IMG/VR virus record: IMGVR_UViG_3300013121_000003
Coordinates: 34,674 to 98,673 of that record
DNA length: 64,000 nucleotides
Source of the DNA: a virus
Taxonomy: Duplodnaviria; Heunggongvirae; Uroviricota; Caudoviricetes
Direction: 5' to 3' (one strand)
In this document: piece after piece, positions 37,557-47,120 of the stretch
Layout: the number at the start of each line of letters is the position of its first letter
Position numbering within the stretch: position 1 is the first letter of the stretch
Notes under the pieces: model-generated
What the model was told of the DNA's origin: nothing
What the model saw: the letters and a program-made list of their open reading frames with translations, nothing else
Databases searched by the model: none
Position numbers and translations under genes: made by a program

Positions 37557-40309
37557 TAACTTACACTAATTTCCATTGTTGCATTGGATGAAAGTTCAGC
37601 GTCAGTATCATGATAGAAAGCTCCAAACGGAATAGTTCCAGCGACGTGAACAACTGATTTTAGCATATTTATGTACTTGTCTAATGTCCTTGAAGAACGA
37701 ATTTCATAGGAATAATTCTGCCAATAATATCCATCAAAGAGTTTCTTATTATGTGAAAGGAAACCGCCATTACGGAGATAGAAACCAGATGCGATTCCAT
37801 GAGTTGAAACATTTGCATATCCAGTTAAAGACTGATCATCATATGTCAATGTCAATTCTTCACCAGGAAGATATCCGAAACCAGAATCTAAAATTTCGAG
37901 TTCCGTGATTGCTCCATTTGAAATATTAATTTCTGTATCAATCAAAGCATTTTCTCCAAGATGAAGAGATAAATCTTCTAAAACAACTAGATCAATGTTG
38001 GCTGTTGCTCCTGATAAAGAACTTTCGATTATTGTTGTTGCATTGACTGTAGAAACGAAATGATTTTCAGGGCTATATCTAAGTCGTTCAACCTCTAATA
38101 CAGTATCATTGGCAGAAATGACTAACCCACGAGCATTCGTTGCAGATTGAGTAATGATTTCTCCTTCAACGAATGAAGTAGAAACATTTGAAACCGTTAA
38201 TGAATATTTTCCAATTTTTTTGAAGGTAAACACGAATGGATCAATAATCTTAATAACTGGTGGATAATTGTAAAGAGTTCCCATATTCATAGATGTTATA
38301 TGAGATAATTTTCCAACTTCAGTATTTGCGTATGTTAAAATATCTTCTAGAACACCATAGCTTATGTTGGCAGCAGTGTTTCCTGGAAATCCATATGTAG
38401 ACGCATTGAGAGCAATATTTGCGTATGGTTCAATAAAATCTGTATTGAAATCTATAAACTCTGAATACAGAAGTGAATTTGACAATGAAAACGAAGCACC
38501 AGAACCAGTAGAAATGTCTGTTATAGTTCCAGTTATTTCTACATTTGGTGAATAAATGTAATTACTTTCTTCAGAAGAAAAATTATTATTTCCTTCGACA
38601 ATAACACCAACTCTTATTTCGGATGTAATGACATTTGCTTGTGCCAATGAGTTTGCATCAATGATTGGATAATTTGTATTAAATGCACCATGAACATTTG
38701 ATACTGTTAAGAATCCTGAAATTGTAGATAAATTTGAAGAAACTGTTCCGAAAGCAGTTACAGTATTTGAACCATTTACTTGATAAAGATAATCTCCACG
38801 AGTAAATGAATCGGTTGCAGAGTTTACAGTTAATGTCCAAATATCAACCATTCCAACAACATTACCTGTTGCGGTTAAATCTGTATATGCGTTCGAACCA
38901 GCAACGTTTGCATATATTCCATTAGATTCAGAAAAAACAACGGTTCCTTCTAGATTTCCAGAACGAACAGCAACCTTCAAAGTTCCTGCAATTGAATTGG
39001 ACATTTCATTTGAAAGAATCGTTCCAAAGCCTTTTTGAAGGTTATTAGCATGATATGTGTAGATGTTAGAAGTAGCTGTAAACGTTCCATTTGAGTTAAC
39101 ATAATTAATATATGCCATTGGTTGATAGATGTTATCATACAAATCGAACATTTCTGTCAATGATGTATTCGTGTAAACAATATTAGAAATTCTTAATACT
39201 TTTTCGGAAATGATAATATCAACATTCGAAGTATATCCATATCCACCACTATCAAGATTAAAAGTTACTTGACCAGATGTGTTTGATGTAGTTTTAACTC
39301 TAGCTCTTCCTTGGCGTCCTCTTAGAGACGATATGTTCAATACATTTCCAACTTCAAAACCAGAACCAATTCCTGATTCAGAAATAACAACTGAATTTAA
39401 TGAACCTGTAATCTTTGGACAATCTTGAATGTCAAGTAAATTATCAGATGTATTGATTGGTTCTCCGTTCTGGAATGTTCCATGAATTTGAGAAATGTAA
39501 ATGACATCTTCGAATTTGCCTTCTACTGTTCTTCGAATGACAGATTCAGCAAAGGCAGTTGCTCCCGATTTCAAACCAACGATCTGTTTATCCACGAATA
39601 AGTGGGTTGAAGGATTGATCGAGACTTCAAGATATTTGGGGATTTTCCATGAACCATCAGATAATCTGAATAGATCAGTTGATGGATAATAAACCTTGGG
39701 AGTAATACCGAACGCCAATCTAAAGAGAAGTTCAATAGAGCGCTCAGTTCCTTTCGATCTATAGAGATCGAGTGAATGTTTAATGAGAGTTTTAGTTTCT
39801 GTGGTATTTACGAACTGAAGTGATTTCAGATACTTTTCTTTAAAATAGACTAGGAAGTTATCAAGAGTTTCGTCAACATCCTTGACTTCGAAATAGTTTC
39901 TCAGGAAATAAACTGGATTTCCTGTATTAGCCACCTTGGTATATTTCGTTCTCTCAATTGACCAATCTGGACTAGCAGTGATCGTCAAGATCGTGTTGTT
40001 AGAAACAGAATTTACTGTAAAGACTTCATACTTCTTATCGGTGTTATCTCTTGAAATGGCAATAGAACATCCATTCGTGAAGTTGTTCGTGAAAACGGTA
40101 TTTGTTCCCAGAATAGTTGTATTACCAGATTGAATCGTCACGTAAGAAAGGTTTTCATTGATCCATTTCGTCTGTCGAGATTTAGTTACGTTTTCTAACC
40201 ATTCGTAATATACACGAACGAACTCAATGAACAATGGTCCTTCAGAAGCATAAAAACTGGGAAACTGTGAAGAAACTAATGAACTGATTTTCTTGAAAAG
40301 AATATCCAT
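37556..40309 (-). CDS. gp7: Baseplate wedge initiator
   Basis: FIEFVRVYYEWLE, LDLYRSKGTERSIELLFRL, YYWQNYSYEIRS, VVHVAG; lies between gp6 and gp8. Confidence 0.8.
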   Translation of the reverse strand: MDILFKKISSLVSSQFPSFYASEGPLFIEFVRVYYEWLENVTKSRQTKWINENLSYVTIQSGNTTILGTNTVFTNNFTNGCSIAISRDNTDKKYEVFTVNSVSNNTILTITASPDWSIERTKYTKVANTGNPVYFLRNYFEVKDVDETLDNFLVYFKEKYLKSLQFVNTTETKTLIKHSLDLYRSKGTERSIELLFRLAFGITPKVYYPSTDLFRLSDGSWKIPKYLEVSINPSTHLFVDKQIVGLKSGATAFAESVIRRTVEGKFEDVIYISQIHGTFQNGEPINTSDNLLDIQDCPKITGSLNSVVISESGIGSGFEVGNVLNISSLRGRQGRARVKTTSNTSGQVTFNLDSGGYGYTSNVDIIISEKVLRISNIVYTNTSLTEMFDLYDNIYQPMAYINYVNSNGTFTATSNIYTYHANNLQKGFGTILSNEMSNSIAGTLKVAVRSGNLEGTVVFSESNGIYANVAGSNAYTDLTATGNVVGMVDIWTLTVNSATDSFTRGDYLYQVNGSNTVTAFGTVSSNLSTISGFLTVSNVHGAFNTNYPIIDANSLAQANVITSEIRVGVIVEGNNNFSSEESNYIYSPNVEITGTITDISTGSGASFSLSNSLLYSEFIDFNTDFIEPYANIALNASTYGFPGNTAANISYGVLEDILTYANTEVGKLSHITSMNMGTLYNYPPVIKIIDPFVFTFKKIGKYSLTVSNVSTSFVEGEIITQSATNARGLVISANDTVLEVERLRYSPENHFVSTVNATTIIESSLSGATANIDLVVLEDLSLHLGENALIDTEINISNGAITELEILDSGFGYLPGEELTLTYDDQSLTGYANVSTHGIASGFYLRNGGFLSHNKKLFDGYYWQNYSYEIRSSRTLDKYINMLKSVVHVAGTIPFGAFYHDTDAELSSNATMEISVS

Positions 40310-42105
40310 TATAATCTAAGTTCCTCAACTTCAATATCGATTTCATCGGTTTCAATTGTCAAGATTGTATTTTGTGATACAACGATATCAGCATCCTTGG
40401 GCTTGACATAAATCTTGATGTAATCGCCATAGAAAGAATCAATAATCAGATTATTGATTTTGACTAATCCAGTTTCATAATCAAGTGAACCAACTGTATC
40501 GATCATTTCATAATTAGAACCTTTGATTTTCATGATTCTGATTAATCCAGAACCATCGTCTTCGAAAATGCATTGTTCACCAGCAAATTGGAATACTGAA
40601 GAACGAAGCGTCACAACATCATTGATATCATGGATTTTCTCTTTCTCGGGAACATCATCTTTCAAGGCAACATTGAACTTCAATTCGTGATTCTCACGAG
40701 TTCCTAATGTTGGTGAAAGCTTCTTGTAGAGCCAGATATCCGTCAGTGATGAAACGATAGATTCATCTGCACCATCGATTGCAGCAGCTAATTTCGAACC
40801 ACGAAGAATTGTATTAAAGTCATTCAAGTTTTCATCTCGATAATCCGAGACAGCATTGATGACCAGTGTTTTGATATTTTCAGATGAAAGTGCTGTTACG
40901 TTGACGTTAAATCTGACCTTTGAAATGACTGATAGATACGAGAACTCTGGTTCAATGAAAATAGGTTCGATTGTGAATGGTGAACGCCTCTTGATAAAAT
41001 CGTAATATTTCTTTCTCTTGGAATCAGGTAATCCAGAAACATCAGATACATCAACAGAAATTAAAACTCTTCCAAATTGTGGTGGAGTTAATTCTTCACC
41101 ACCATAAGCATGAACTGCATTGATTTCTGGAAATTCAGTCTTCAATGCAATCTCATAGTCTTGTGCAGTTACCGCTCTCTCTTGAACCTGGAAATGTCGT
41201 GGTGCATAATACTTGATAGATTCAAGTGTTTCTTCAGAACCACCACCAGAAGCAGACTCAAGAAGATCGACTGTTATCGAAGATGTAAGTTCGTCATAGG
41301 CAGTTGGATCGAAATCACATGTAAATGTCTTGGCACCATTAGCAATATCACCAGAAGATACTCTATATTCTAGAGTGATGATTGCATTGTCTTTTGGTTC
41401 TCTTCCGATGTTACCGTCACCGAAGATGACTTCATATGAACCTTCTTCATTTGGCTGAAGAAAGAAAACTTTGGATGTAGCAGAAACATCGAGAAGTGTG
41501 CTTGAATATCGGTAAAGATCACCAACGGTTTTATTATCTTCAAAGACGACAACGGCCAAGGAACGAGTATCAACATTCTTATTTGTTATCTTGAATCTTT
41601 GGTTTAGAACTCCACGTTGATAGGTATACGAATCTTGAACGAATTGTCCTTCATAGACTGTAGTGGTAAATGAAAATGAACTATTCGTTGAAGAAACGAT
41701 AATTGATTCTGGATTAGTGAAAACGAATGATTGGTTCTTGACAATTGTAGAGAATGGTTTCCCTTTAGGAATAACATATGGAGCATGTTCGGTTGTTGCT
41801 GTAAATGAAACTCTGATCTTTGCACTAGCCGAACGAACTGATCTGGGAAGATAGTTGAGTTCCTTGGCGTGTGATAATACTGAATTTCTTAAAACAGCAG
41901 AATCCAGAAACGATTCTGCCAAAAGCATGTTTGTCAAGAAAGCTAGTTTATGAGAATTGTAGGCATGAATGTCCAGGAGGATATTGATATCTGATGCTTC
42001 ATAGTCATAATCTCTAAAGACTTCTTGTGTCTTTAGATAATTCTTGAAAGACTGTTTTAGATCATCGAAATCTAATGATGTTAAATCGATTGATGTATTA
42101 GCCAT
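40309..42105 (-). CDS. gp6: Baseplate wedge subunit
   Basis: LDFDDLKQSFKNYLKTQEVFRDYDYEAS, SFLDSAVLRNSVLSHAKELNYLPRS, FGDGNIG, QERAVTAQDY. Confidence 0.95.
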   Translation of the reverse strand: MANTSIDLTSLDFDDLKQSFKNYLKTQEVFRDYDYEASDINILLDIHAYNSHKLAFLTNMLLAESFLDSAVLRNSVLSHAKELNYLPRSVRSASAKIRVSFTATTEHAPYVIPKGKPFSTIVKNQSFVFTNPESIIVSSTNSSFSFTTTVYEGQFVQDSYTYQRGVLNQRFKITNKNVDTRSLAVVVFEDNKTVGDLYRYSSTLLDVSATSKVFFLQPNEEGSYEVIFGDGNIGREPKDNAIITLEYRVSSGDIANGAKTFTCDFDPTAYDELTSSITVDLLESASGGGSEETLESIKYYAPRHFQVQERAVTAQDYEIALKTEFPEINAVHAYGGEELTPPQFGRVLISVDVSDVSGLPDSKRKKYYDFIKRRSPFTIEPIFIEPEFSYLSVISKVRFNVNVTALSSENIKTLVINAVSDYRDENLNDFNTILRGSKLAAAIDGADESIVSSLTDIWLYKKLSPTLGTRENHELKFNVALKDDVPEKEKIHDINDVVTLRSSVFQFAGEQCIFEDDGSGLIRIMKIKGSNYEMIDTVGSLDYETGLVKINNLIIDSFYGDYIKIYVKPKDADIVVSQNTILTIETDEIDIEVEELRL

Positions 42106-42821
42106 TACCTACCTTTGTTTATTTTATTCCAATGATCAGTAAATTCTTGTTCTGATGGAACCCTCATATGTGGAGCACTCTTTTGATAATCATATTTAAA
42201 GTTTCCATAGGCTTGTGGACCAGTTAAATGATGATGGTCTGGATTATCTTCGTGCCAAGCTGAAATTAGAGCATGATTTTTATTTACAGTATGCTGTTTT
42301 ATATCATCAGCAAAATTTGCATATTTTACTGACCATTCTTTTATAGCATTAGTAAATCTTTTGTTTTCTTCATCATCATGGTTTTTGCCTCTTAAAGTAT
42401 CATATATTTTTCTTCCAGTTCTGGCTACACCAGCCAAAGAACTATGGAATGGATTTCTTTTATGTTTTATGTCACTTACTGCTAATTCAACATGTGTATT
42501 GAGACTATTCATTGGAGACATATTCCAATGCTTGGCAATATCAGGAAAGTGTTGATGATATAAATCTAGATGCCGAGCAACTTCTTTGGAACGTTTCTCG
42601 ATATCATCAATAGGAATTCTGACTATTCCATGTTTCTTATGAAATGCATCACGGGATGCTGTATCTTGTGGATGTTCATCACCATCAGAATCAATCGGGC
42701 TTTGTTTACGATGAATTTGATCATGAAAAATATTTAATTGTCTAGAAGCTTCTTCAGGATATATTTCAATTTCTCTATGATCATTTCCACTTTTTTGAAC
42801 AAAATGTTTGAAACTAAGCAT
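42105..42821 (-). CDS. His-rich hypothetical protein inserted between gp25 and gp6
   Basis: 238 aa, MLSFKHFVQK start, AT-rich, abuts both neighbours. Confidence 0.6.
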   Translation of the reverse strand: MLSFKHFVQKSGNDHREIEIYPEEASRQLNIFHDQIHRKQSPIDSDGDEHPQDTASRDAFHKKHGIVRIPIDDIEKRSKEVARHLDLYHQHFPDIAKHWNMSPMNSLNTHVELAVSDIKHKRNPFHSSLAGVARTGRKIYDTLRGKNHDDEENKRFTNAIKEWSVKYANFADDIKQHTVNKNHALISAWHEDNPDHHHLTGPQAYGNFKYDYQKSAPHMRVPSEQEFTDHWNKINKGR

Positions 42822-43244
42822 TTATCTTACCCTCTGAAAATAGACATCTAGATTTACTGGTGGACCTATTATATTAATTATCGTAAATTGAAATTGAACG
42901 TAATATGCATTTCGGTCTATATCTTCTTTCAGATAAATCCATAATCCATCGATTCTAGGTTCATATGTTCTAATCAAGGTTCCTAATTGTAACTTGAGCA
43001 TTTCCCATTCACCAGGATCAAATTGTTCGAATAAAGATCGCTTGATTGTTGATCCTTTTTGATGATCATAGAAACGTTCACCAACATCAGTCAAAACTAA
43101 ATTCTTCAAAGCTTGTTTAACAGCTTCTTCATTAGTCTTCATTGAGAGAGAACCCGTAATTGGATTCTTTTCAAATGAGTTTGAAAAATCTCTGTAGATG
43201 ATTGTTTTCTTGCGTTCAATCGTATGAAAATCTGCTAGGGCCAT
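42822..43244 (-). CDS. gp25: Baseplate wedge/sheath initiator
   Basis: IYRDFSNSFEKNPITG, NEEAVKQALKNLVLTDVGERF, IRTYEPRI; start chosen from the AAGGAAG RBS. Confidence 0.9.
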   Translation of the reverse strand: MALADFHTIERKKTIIYRDFSNSFEKNPITGSLSMKTNEEAVKQALKNLVLTDVGERFYDHQKGSTIKRSLFEQFDPGEWEMLKLQLGTLIRTYEPRIDGLWIYLKEDIDRNAYYVQFQFTIINIIGPPVNLDVYFQRVR

Positions 43245-43312
43245 ACTCTTCCTTATTCTCGACACAGTTGGATGTATGGAGTATTTATCACAGTCAACCA
43301 GGGAGTTAGAAT

Positions 43313-43567
43313 ATGACTGATGACAAATATCCGATGGAAAAAAAGACACCCATATCTGACCTTCTAGCCGATGTTGCGTTTCGAATTCGAAACGGCAGTT
43401 CTGTTCGTTTGGATGATTTTATTCATCAAGGAACATATTGTGTCGGTTCCGATGTAGCAGCCGTGATTGCTACGCTCATTGAACAGAACAACGGCTTCGT
43501 CAAAACGCAAAGCGTGAATGGTCTTGTCAGCCATACTCCCATCAAGAAAATGGAGTTCAAAGGATGA
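43313..43567 (+). CDS. Hypothetical protein
   Basis: 84-aa ORF with an upstream GGAG and an ATGA overlap with the next gene. Confidence 0.6.
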   Translation: MTDDKYPMEKKTPISDLLADVAFRIRNGSSVRLDDFIHQGTYCVGSDVAAVIATLIEQNNGFVKTQSVNGLVSHTPIKKMEFKG

Positions 43568-44085
43568 AGAAAATCATCGTTCTAGCAATGGCTCTAGGAT
43601 TGATTTCTGGGGCCGTGGAGCCACGTTTTATCTCTTCGGTAGCTGAAGCCGTTCCGAAAGAGAAACCCAACCCAGCGCCAAATTTGAAGGGAAAGAAGAA
43701 AAAGAAAACTGAACTGACGAACAATACTACCGACGTTGAAGAGATGTTGACTGGAAATATCTTTAAATTAATCAGAAGTGAACCAGACGAAAAAATATTG
43801 GCAGCAAATATTTCTTATGTTTATCGAGATTTAGTCAACGAATGGCGGAAATATTTAATTTATCGTGAAACCAAAAAATTGGTTCAACTAGATAAAGAAA
43901 CTTCAACCAAGTATGTAAAGGTTTATGTAAGAGATGGTGAAATTTGGGGAACAATAATTTTTCCTGAATATAACAGTTATTACTTTTCAATAAATTTAAC
44001 TAAAGAAGAACCAACAGGAAAATTTGCCAGATATGAGAATGGATTTAATAAAGGACACTCAAGAAGATGGAATATCGTATTCTAA
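43564..44085 (+). CDS. Hypothetical exported protein with a signal peptide
   Basis: MKKIIVLAMALGLISGA...VAEA N-terminus; hairpin immediately downstream. Confidence 0.6.
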   Translation: MKKIIVLAMALGLISGAVEPRFISSVAEAVPKEKPNPAPNLKGKKKKKTELTNNTTDVEEMLTGNIFKLIRSEPDEKILAANISYVYRDLVNEWRKYLIYRETKKLVQLDKETSTKYVKVYVRDGEIWGTIIFPEYNSYYFSINLTKEEPTGKFARYENGFNKGHSRRWNIVF

Positions 44086-44093
44086 AAATGTTT

Positions 44094-44120
44094 TGGGGGA
44101 GCTTAACCAAGGCTCCCCCA
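44094..44120. terminator. Hairpin between convergent genes
   Basis: TGGGGGAGC-9 nt-GCTCCCCCA, a 9-bp stem. Confidence 0.65.
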
Positions 44121-44126
44121 TTCGGT

Positions 44127-44219
44127 TTAAAGTCTTCCGGTTTGATATATAGCGATGATCACTAGAACTCCGACAACTATTATTAAAGCTGTTCCACCAC
44201 CAACTAAAACAAATTCCAT
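44127..44219 (-). CDS. 30-aa single-TM peptide (not in ORF track)
   Basis: MEFVLVGGGTALIIVVGVLVIIAIYQTGRL; AGGAG RBS. Confidence 0.6.
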   Translation of the reverse strand: MEFVLVGGGTALIIVVGVLVIIAIYQTGRL

Positions 44220-44227
44220 ATAGTCTC

Positions 44228-44692
44228 CTATCCAAGAAGCGTATCTCTTGCCAAATTAACTTGTTTGGTCAAGAACGATGAACCACCAACATCTGGATGA
44301 ACAGCCTTGAGAATTCTCTTGAAGGCTTTCTCAATCTGTTCCTTCGAAGCACCTTCCTGAAGATCAAGAACTTCCAAGGCTTCTTTTCGAGAAAGCTTGA
44401 AGTTGATCGATTTGGTTTCCTCGACTTTCGGTGCTTCCATCAACCTTTGAATTAAGACTTCCAGATAAGTCTGACCGAATTCCAATGCTTCTTGCTTTTG
44501 AGCAAAAGAAACATCGGGAAGCAAGCCAATGTTTCCAGACGCCATTTTCTTACCAATGCGCCAGACGACTTTCGTTGAACCACGCTTGCTTCTGACATTC
44601 ACCGGAACCAGAAGAATGTTCACCGGATGATACATATGAACAGAATAGTAGCCTTCGTTGGTGCGGTGCGAAACGAACTTGTCCATGGTCAA
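44228..44692 (-). CDS. J-domain (DnaJ-type) co-chaperone
   Basis: C-terminal LSRKEALEVLDL..GASKEQIEKAFKRILKAVHPDVGGSSFLTKQVNLARDTLL with an HPD motif. Confidence 0.88.
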   Translation of the reverse strand: MTMDKFVSHRTNEGYYSVHMYHPVNILLVPVNVRSKRGSTKVVWRIGKKMASGNIGLLPDVSFAQKQEALEFGQTYLEVLIQRLMEAPKVEETKSINFKLSRKEALEVLDLQEGASKEQIEKAFKRILKAVHPDVGGSSFLTKQVNLARDTLLG

Positions 44693-44716
44693 TCTCCCGT
44701 CAGGTTGTTGACCATG

Positions 44717-44745
44717 GATATATCAAATATAGAAATATTAGTCAA
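44717..44745 (-). promoter_or_regulatory. Putative sigma70-type promoter for the J-domain gene
   Basis: TTGACT-17 nt-TATATC followed by CAACAAC...GGGAG. Confidence 0.5.
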
Positions 44746-44766
44746 ACGAATTAAATTGAATTTGGT

Positions 44767-44919
44767 TTAGTCTCTTCTGAGAGACAGCAGCAAACAAATC
44801 GAACCTAAGATTACATAAAGCCAAACAATGAAGGTTGACGGTTTATCAAATACTTTGAAAGCATACATTCCTTCCCAGAAAGCAATTGCAAAGTACCAAG
44901 TAGACATAAATCGGAGCAT
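44767..44919 (-). CDS. 50-aa two-TM membrane peptide (not in ORF track)
   Basis: MLRFMSTWYFAIAFWEGMYAFKVFDKPSTFIVWLYVILGSICLLLSLRRD; starts 3 nt after the upstream stop. Confidence 0.5.
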   Translation of the reverse strand: MLRFMSTWYFAIAFWEGMYAFKVFDKPSTFIVWLYVILGSICLLLSLRRD

Positions 44920-44922
44920 AGT

Positions 44923-45945
44923 TCATCCTTTCTCGTATTGGTATGTTCTCTTCTTAATTCCGAGGCTAGGATCACCACGATAATGATCCTTTACCCAAAT
45001 CCATGCCGATGGTTCTAGTAGTCTTCCAGCCTTGAACTTGCGATAGAAGCCACGAACCGGATGTTGGCCAACTCGTCTACCACTACCGCCTTCATAGTCA
45101 TTCTGATAACGAATTCTGATTGTGTCTTGCAGTCCACACTTCACTCTGACCAAAACATCGGGAATAAGTGTGAAATCGTTGCCAGACATTTCATTTGACG
45201 GATTGTTTTTTCCTTTACGGAATATGGTTCCTGTTGTTTTGGCTTCATTGAGAACCCGAGCAATAGGTAGCACAACCCATGAACCCAGAACCATTTGCTG
45301 ATAATGCTGCCTACGTGACATTGGAGCTTGTCCAGTCAATCGATTGAATGCAGCATCAATCTCAGTGATCGAATTAACTTCAGTTCCCAACATCACTGAA
45401 CGCATCTGTGCATGTGGATCAAGACTTTGATATCCAGACATGTCTTTGACAGCTTCATCACCAAATGCAAAACCACCAATGACTGTTAGGATGTTATTGT
45501 TGTCTTTCTTTTTAGAGAAATGGATGAACTGTCCCTGTTGAGACAACAGATCGGTGTTTCGACCATGCATAGGTTCAGTGATAGGAGATTGCGCTTGTGG
45601 AGCATAGAAGTAGAGCATTCCGAACTGGTAAACTTCAGTCTCAAACTCTATCCACATGACGCCAATTGGCCATCGCCACAAATCAATCTCTCTTGTTTCT
45701 GGCAATCTCAGCATTGCGGCTTGTTCACCTACAACTCTGTTCGGCTCATATTCGTTGGATACCGAAATGCCATAAGCTTCAGTGACAATCTTCTCGGCCA
45801 TCTCTTCGTCGAATGAAAAGGGGATAGCCATCAACATCAATCGACGCCATGCCTTGACACGATGATTGTTCGATACACGATTGAATGCCCAATGGTTATC
45901 GAACAACTCTTCCCGGAAGGTGAACTTTGGGCGATGGCGAGCCAT
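44923..45945 (-). CDS. Phage hypothetical protein with a C-terminal H.VRG..R...WV..H.RG motif
   Basis: 340 aa ending GQHPVRGFYRK...WIWVKDHYRGDPSLG; GGGAG RBS. Confidence 0.7.
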   Translation of the reverse strand: MARHRPKFTFREELFDNHWAFNRVSNNHRVKAWRRLMLMAIPFSFDEEMAEKIVTEAYGISVSNEYEPNRVVGEQAAMLRLPETREIDLWRWPIGVMWIEFETEVYQFGMLYFYAPQAQSPITEPMHGRNTDLLSQQGQFIHFSKKKDNNNILTVIGGFAFGDEAVKDMSGYQSLDPHAQMRSVMLGTEVNSITEIDAAFNRLTGQAPMSRRQHYQQMVLGSWVVLPIARVLNEAKTTGTIFRKGKNNPSNEMSGNDFTLIPDVLVRVKCGLQDTIRIRYQNDYEGGSGRRVGQHPVRGFYRKFKAGRLLEPSAWIWVKDHYRGDPSLGIKKRTYQYEKG

Positions 45946-45956
45946 TGGTTTTCTCC

Positions 45957-46427
45957 CTATTTGTCTTCGATTGCACGTGCCTTATATGACGGAACTATAT
46001 AATAGTTTTCTGGGAGTGTCATTGATTTTCTTACCTTGGCAGCATCTTCGTATGTTTCGAAGATGCCCTGAACATGCGGAAAAACTTTAATAATTCCATT
46101 TTGTATTTCAGAGGACAAATAACAAAGAGCAAAGAAGTTTTGAGTAAATATAAATTCAATTTTGTATGTTTTTGGTTTCTCAGAAATTTGTTGTTTTTTA
46201 ATTTCAGGTTCCTTTTTTGGCTGTTCTGATGATTCTGTTAGCCTACAATGATAAATCGTACCTTCTAGATTGTTGTCTTCATATCCCCACCAGAATGAAG
46301 ATACGACTCCTGTTCTTGAATCGCCATAAATATTCTTGACTTCAACCATTGCATCATCTGGAAACGGCTTCCACTGTTGATATGGCATCGAAGCATCAAC
46401 GAATCGATTTAGCCATTTGTTAGTCAT
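45957..46427 (-). CDS. Hypothetical protein
   Basis: 156-aa ORF with an AAGGA RBS. Confidence 0.6.
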   Translation of the reverse strand: MTNKWLNRFVDASMPYQQWKPFPDDAMVEVKNIYGDSRTGVVSSFWWGYEDNNLEGTIYHCRLTESSEQPKKEPEIKKQQISEKPKTYKIEFIFTQNFFALCYLSSEIQNGIIKVFPHVQGIFETYEDAAKVRKSMTLPENYYIVPSYKARAIEDK

Positions 46428-46442
46428 TGTTGTTTTCCTTTG

Positions 46443-46613
46443 TTATTTGATATTTTCCGGTTCCTGTTTCTTGTTCTTGACGAAGATTTTCAACGTTCTT
46501 TCGTCGTCTTGATAGGAGAATTCAAGATGTTCAACATTCCGGTTGACATATCTTCTTCCGGTTTCATCGATCACTTCGAACCGAGCGACTTTCTTTAGAC
46601 CATTGTCTTTCAT
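46443..46613 (-). CDS. 56-aa phage hypothetical protein (not in ORF track)
   Basis: MKDNGLKKVARFEVIDETGRRYVNRNVEHLEFSYQDDERTLKIFVKNKKQEPENIK; fills the gap between annotated ORFs. Confidence 0.6.
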   Translation of the reverse strand: MKDNGLKKVARFEVIDETGRRYVNRNVEHLEFSYQDDERTLKIFVKNKKQEPENIK

Positions 46614-46869
46614 TGTTCTTTTTTCCAGTTATAGGGAACACCCACTTTTCAAAACCAACACAAATTCCTTTAGTAACTTTTGATAATAACATAATTCCGA
46701 TGAATTTGTTTTCTGTGGATATTCCATATAATTTAATAATATCATGAGTTATTGTTCGTCCAGGAGTTGAAAGCTTTTCACGACTTCCATCAGATTTTAT
46801 GATGTTTGCAAATTCAACGTTCATTTCGATTCTGTGTTTGAAGGCCGGAGTTCCGAAATGAAATTTCAT
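46564..46869 (-). CDS. Hypothetical protein
   Basis: 101-aa ORF; ATGA overlap with the upstream gene. Confidence 0.5.
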   Translation of the reverse strand: MKFHFGTPAFKHRIEMNVEFANIIKSDGSREKLSTPGRTITHDIIKLYGISTENKFIGIMLLSKVTKGICVGFEKWVFPITGKKNNERQWSKESRSVRSDR

Positions 46870-47051
46870 CGGAAGTCTCCGTTGTCTGGATAGTCAAACG
46901 CCAGCATCATCAAACCAATTGCTGCGAAGGCACAAACACCCGCAAAGAGATAGTTGATTAGATGATCGGTAGTTAGAAATTTGTCGAACGCAACTAAACC
47001 AAATCCAAAAGACGCCAGAACATAAAATACCGTTTTCAAGAAATCCATCAT
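46866..47051 (-). CDS. Small two-TM membrane protein
   Basis: 61 aa with two hydrophobic segments; AGGAG RBS. Confidence 0.6.
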   Translation of the reverse strand: MMDFLKTVFYVLASFGFGLVAFDKFLTTDHLINYLFAGVCAFAAIGLMMLAFDYPDNGDFR

Positions 47052-47072
47052 TGGAGTTCTCCTGAAGGTTAG

Positions 47073-47110
47073 GGAGTTATCTACAGTTTCCGATTTCTGT
47101 AGATAACTCC
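47073..47110. repeat. Perfect 14-bp inverted repeat downstream of the helicase
   Basis: GGAGTTATCTACAG-10 nt-CTGTAGATAACTCC. Confidence 0.85.
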
Positions 47111-47120
47111 TATTTCTCGA

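Noticed and set aside
18185-40309. Abundant SNT/ANT/NST tripeptides as a virion glycosylation signal
   Set aside because: Many are not N-x-S/T sequons and no glycosyltransferase is in the window; S/T/N richness is typical of beta-rich fibres
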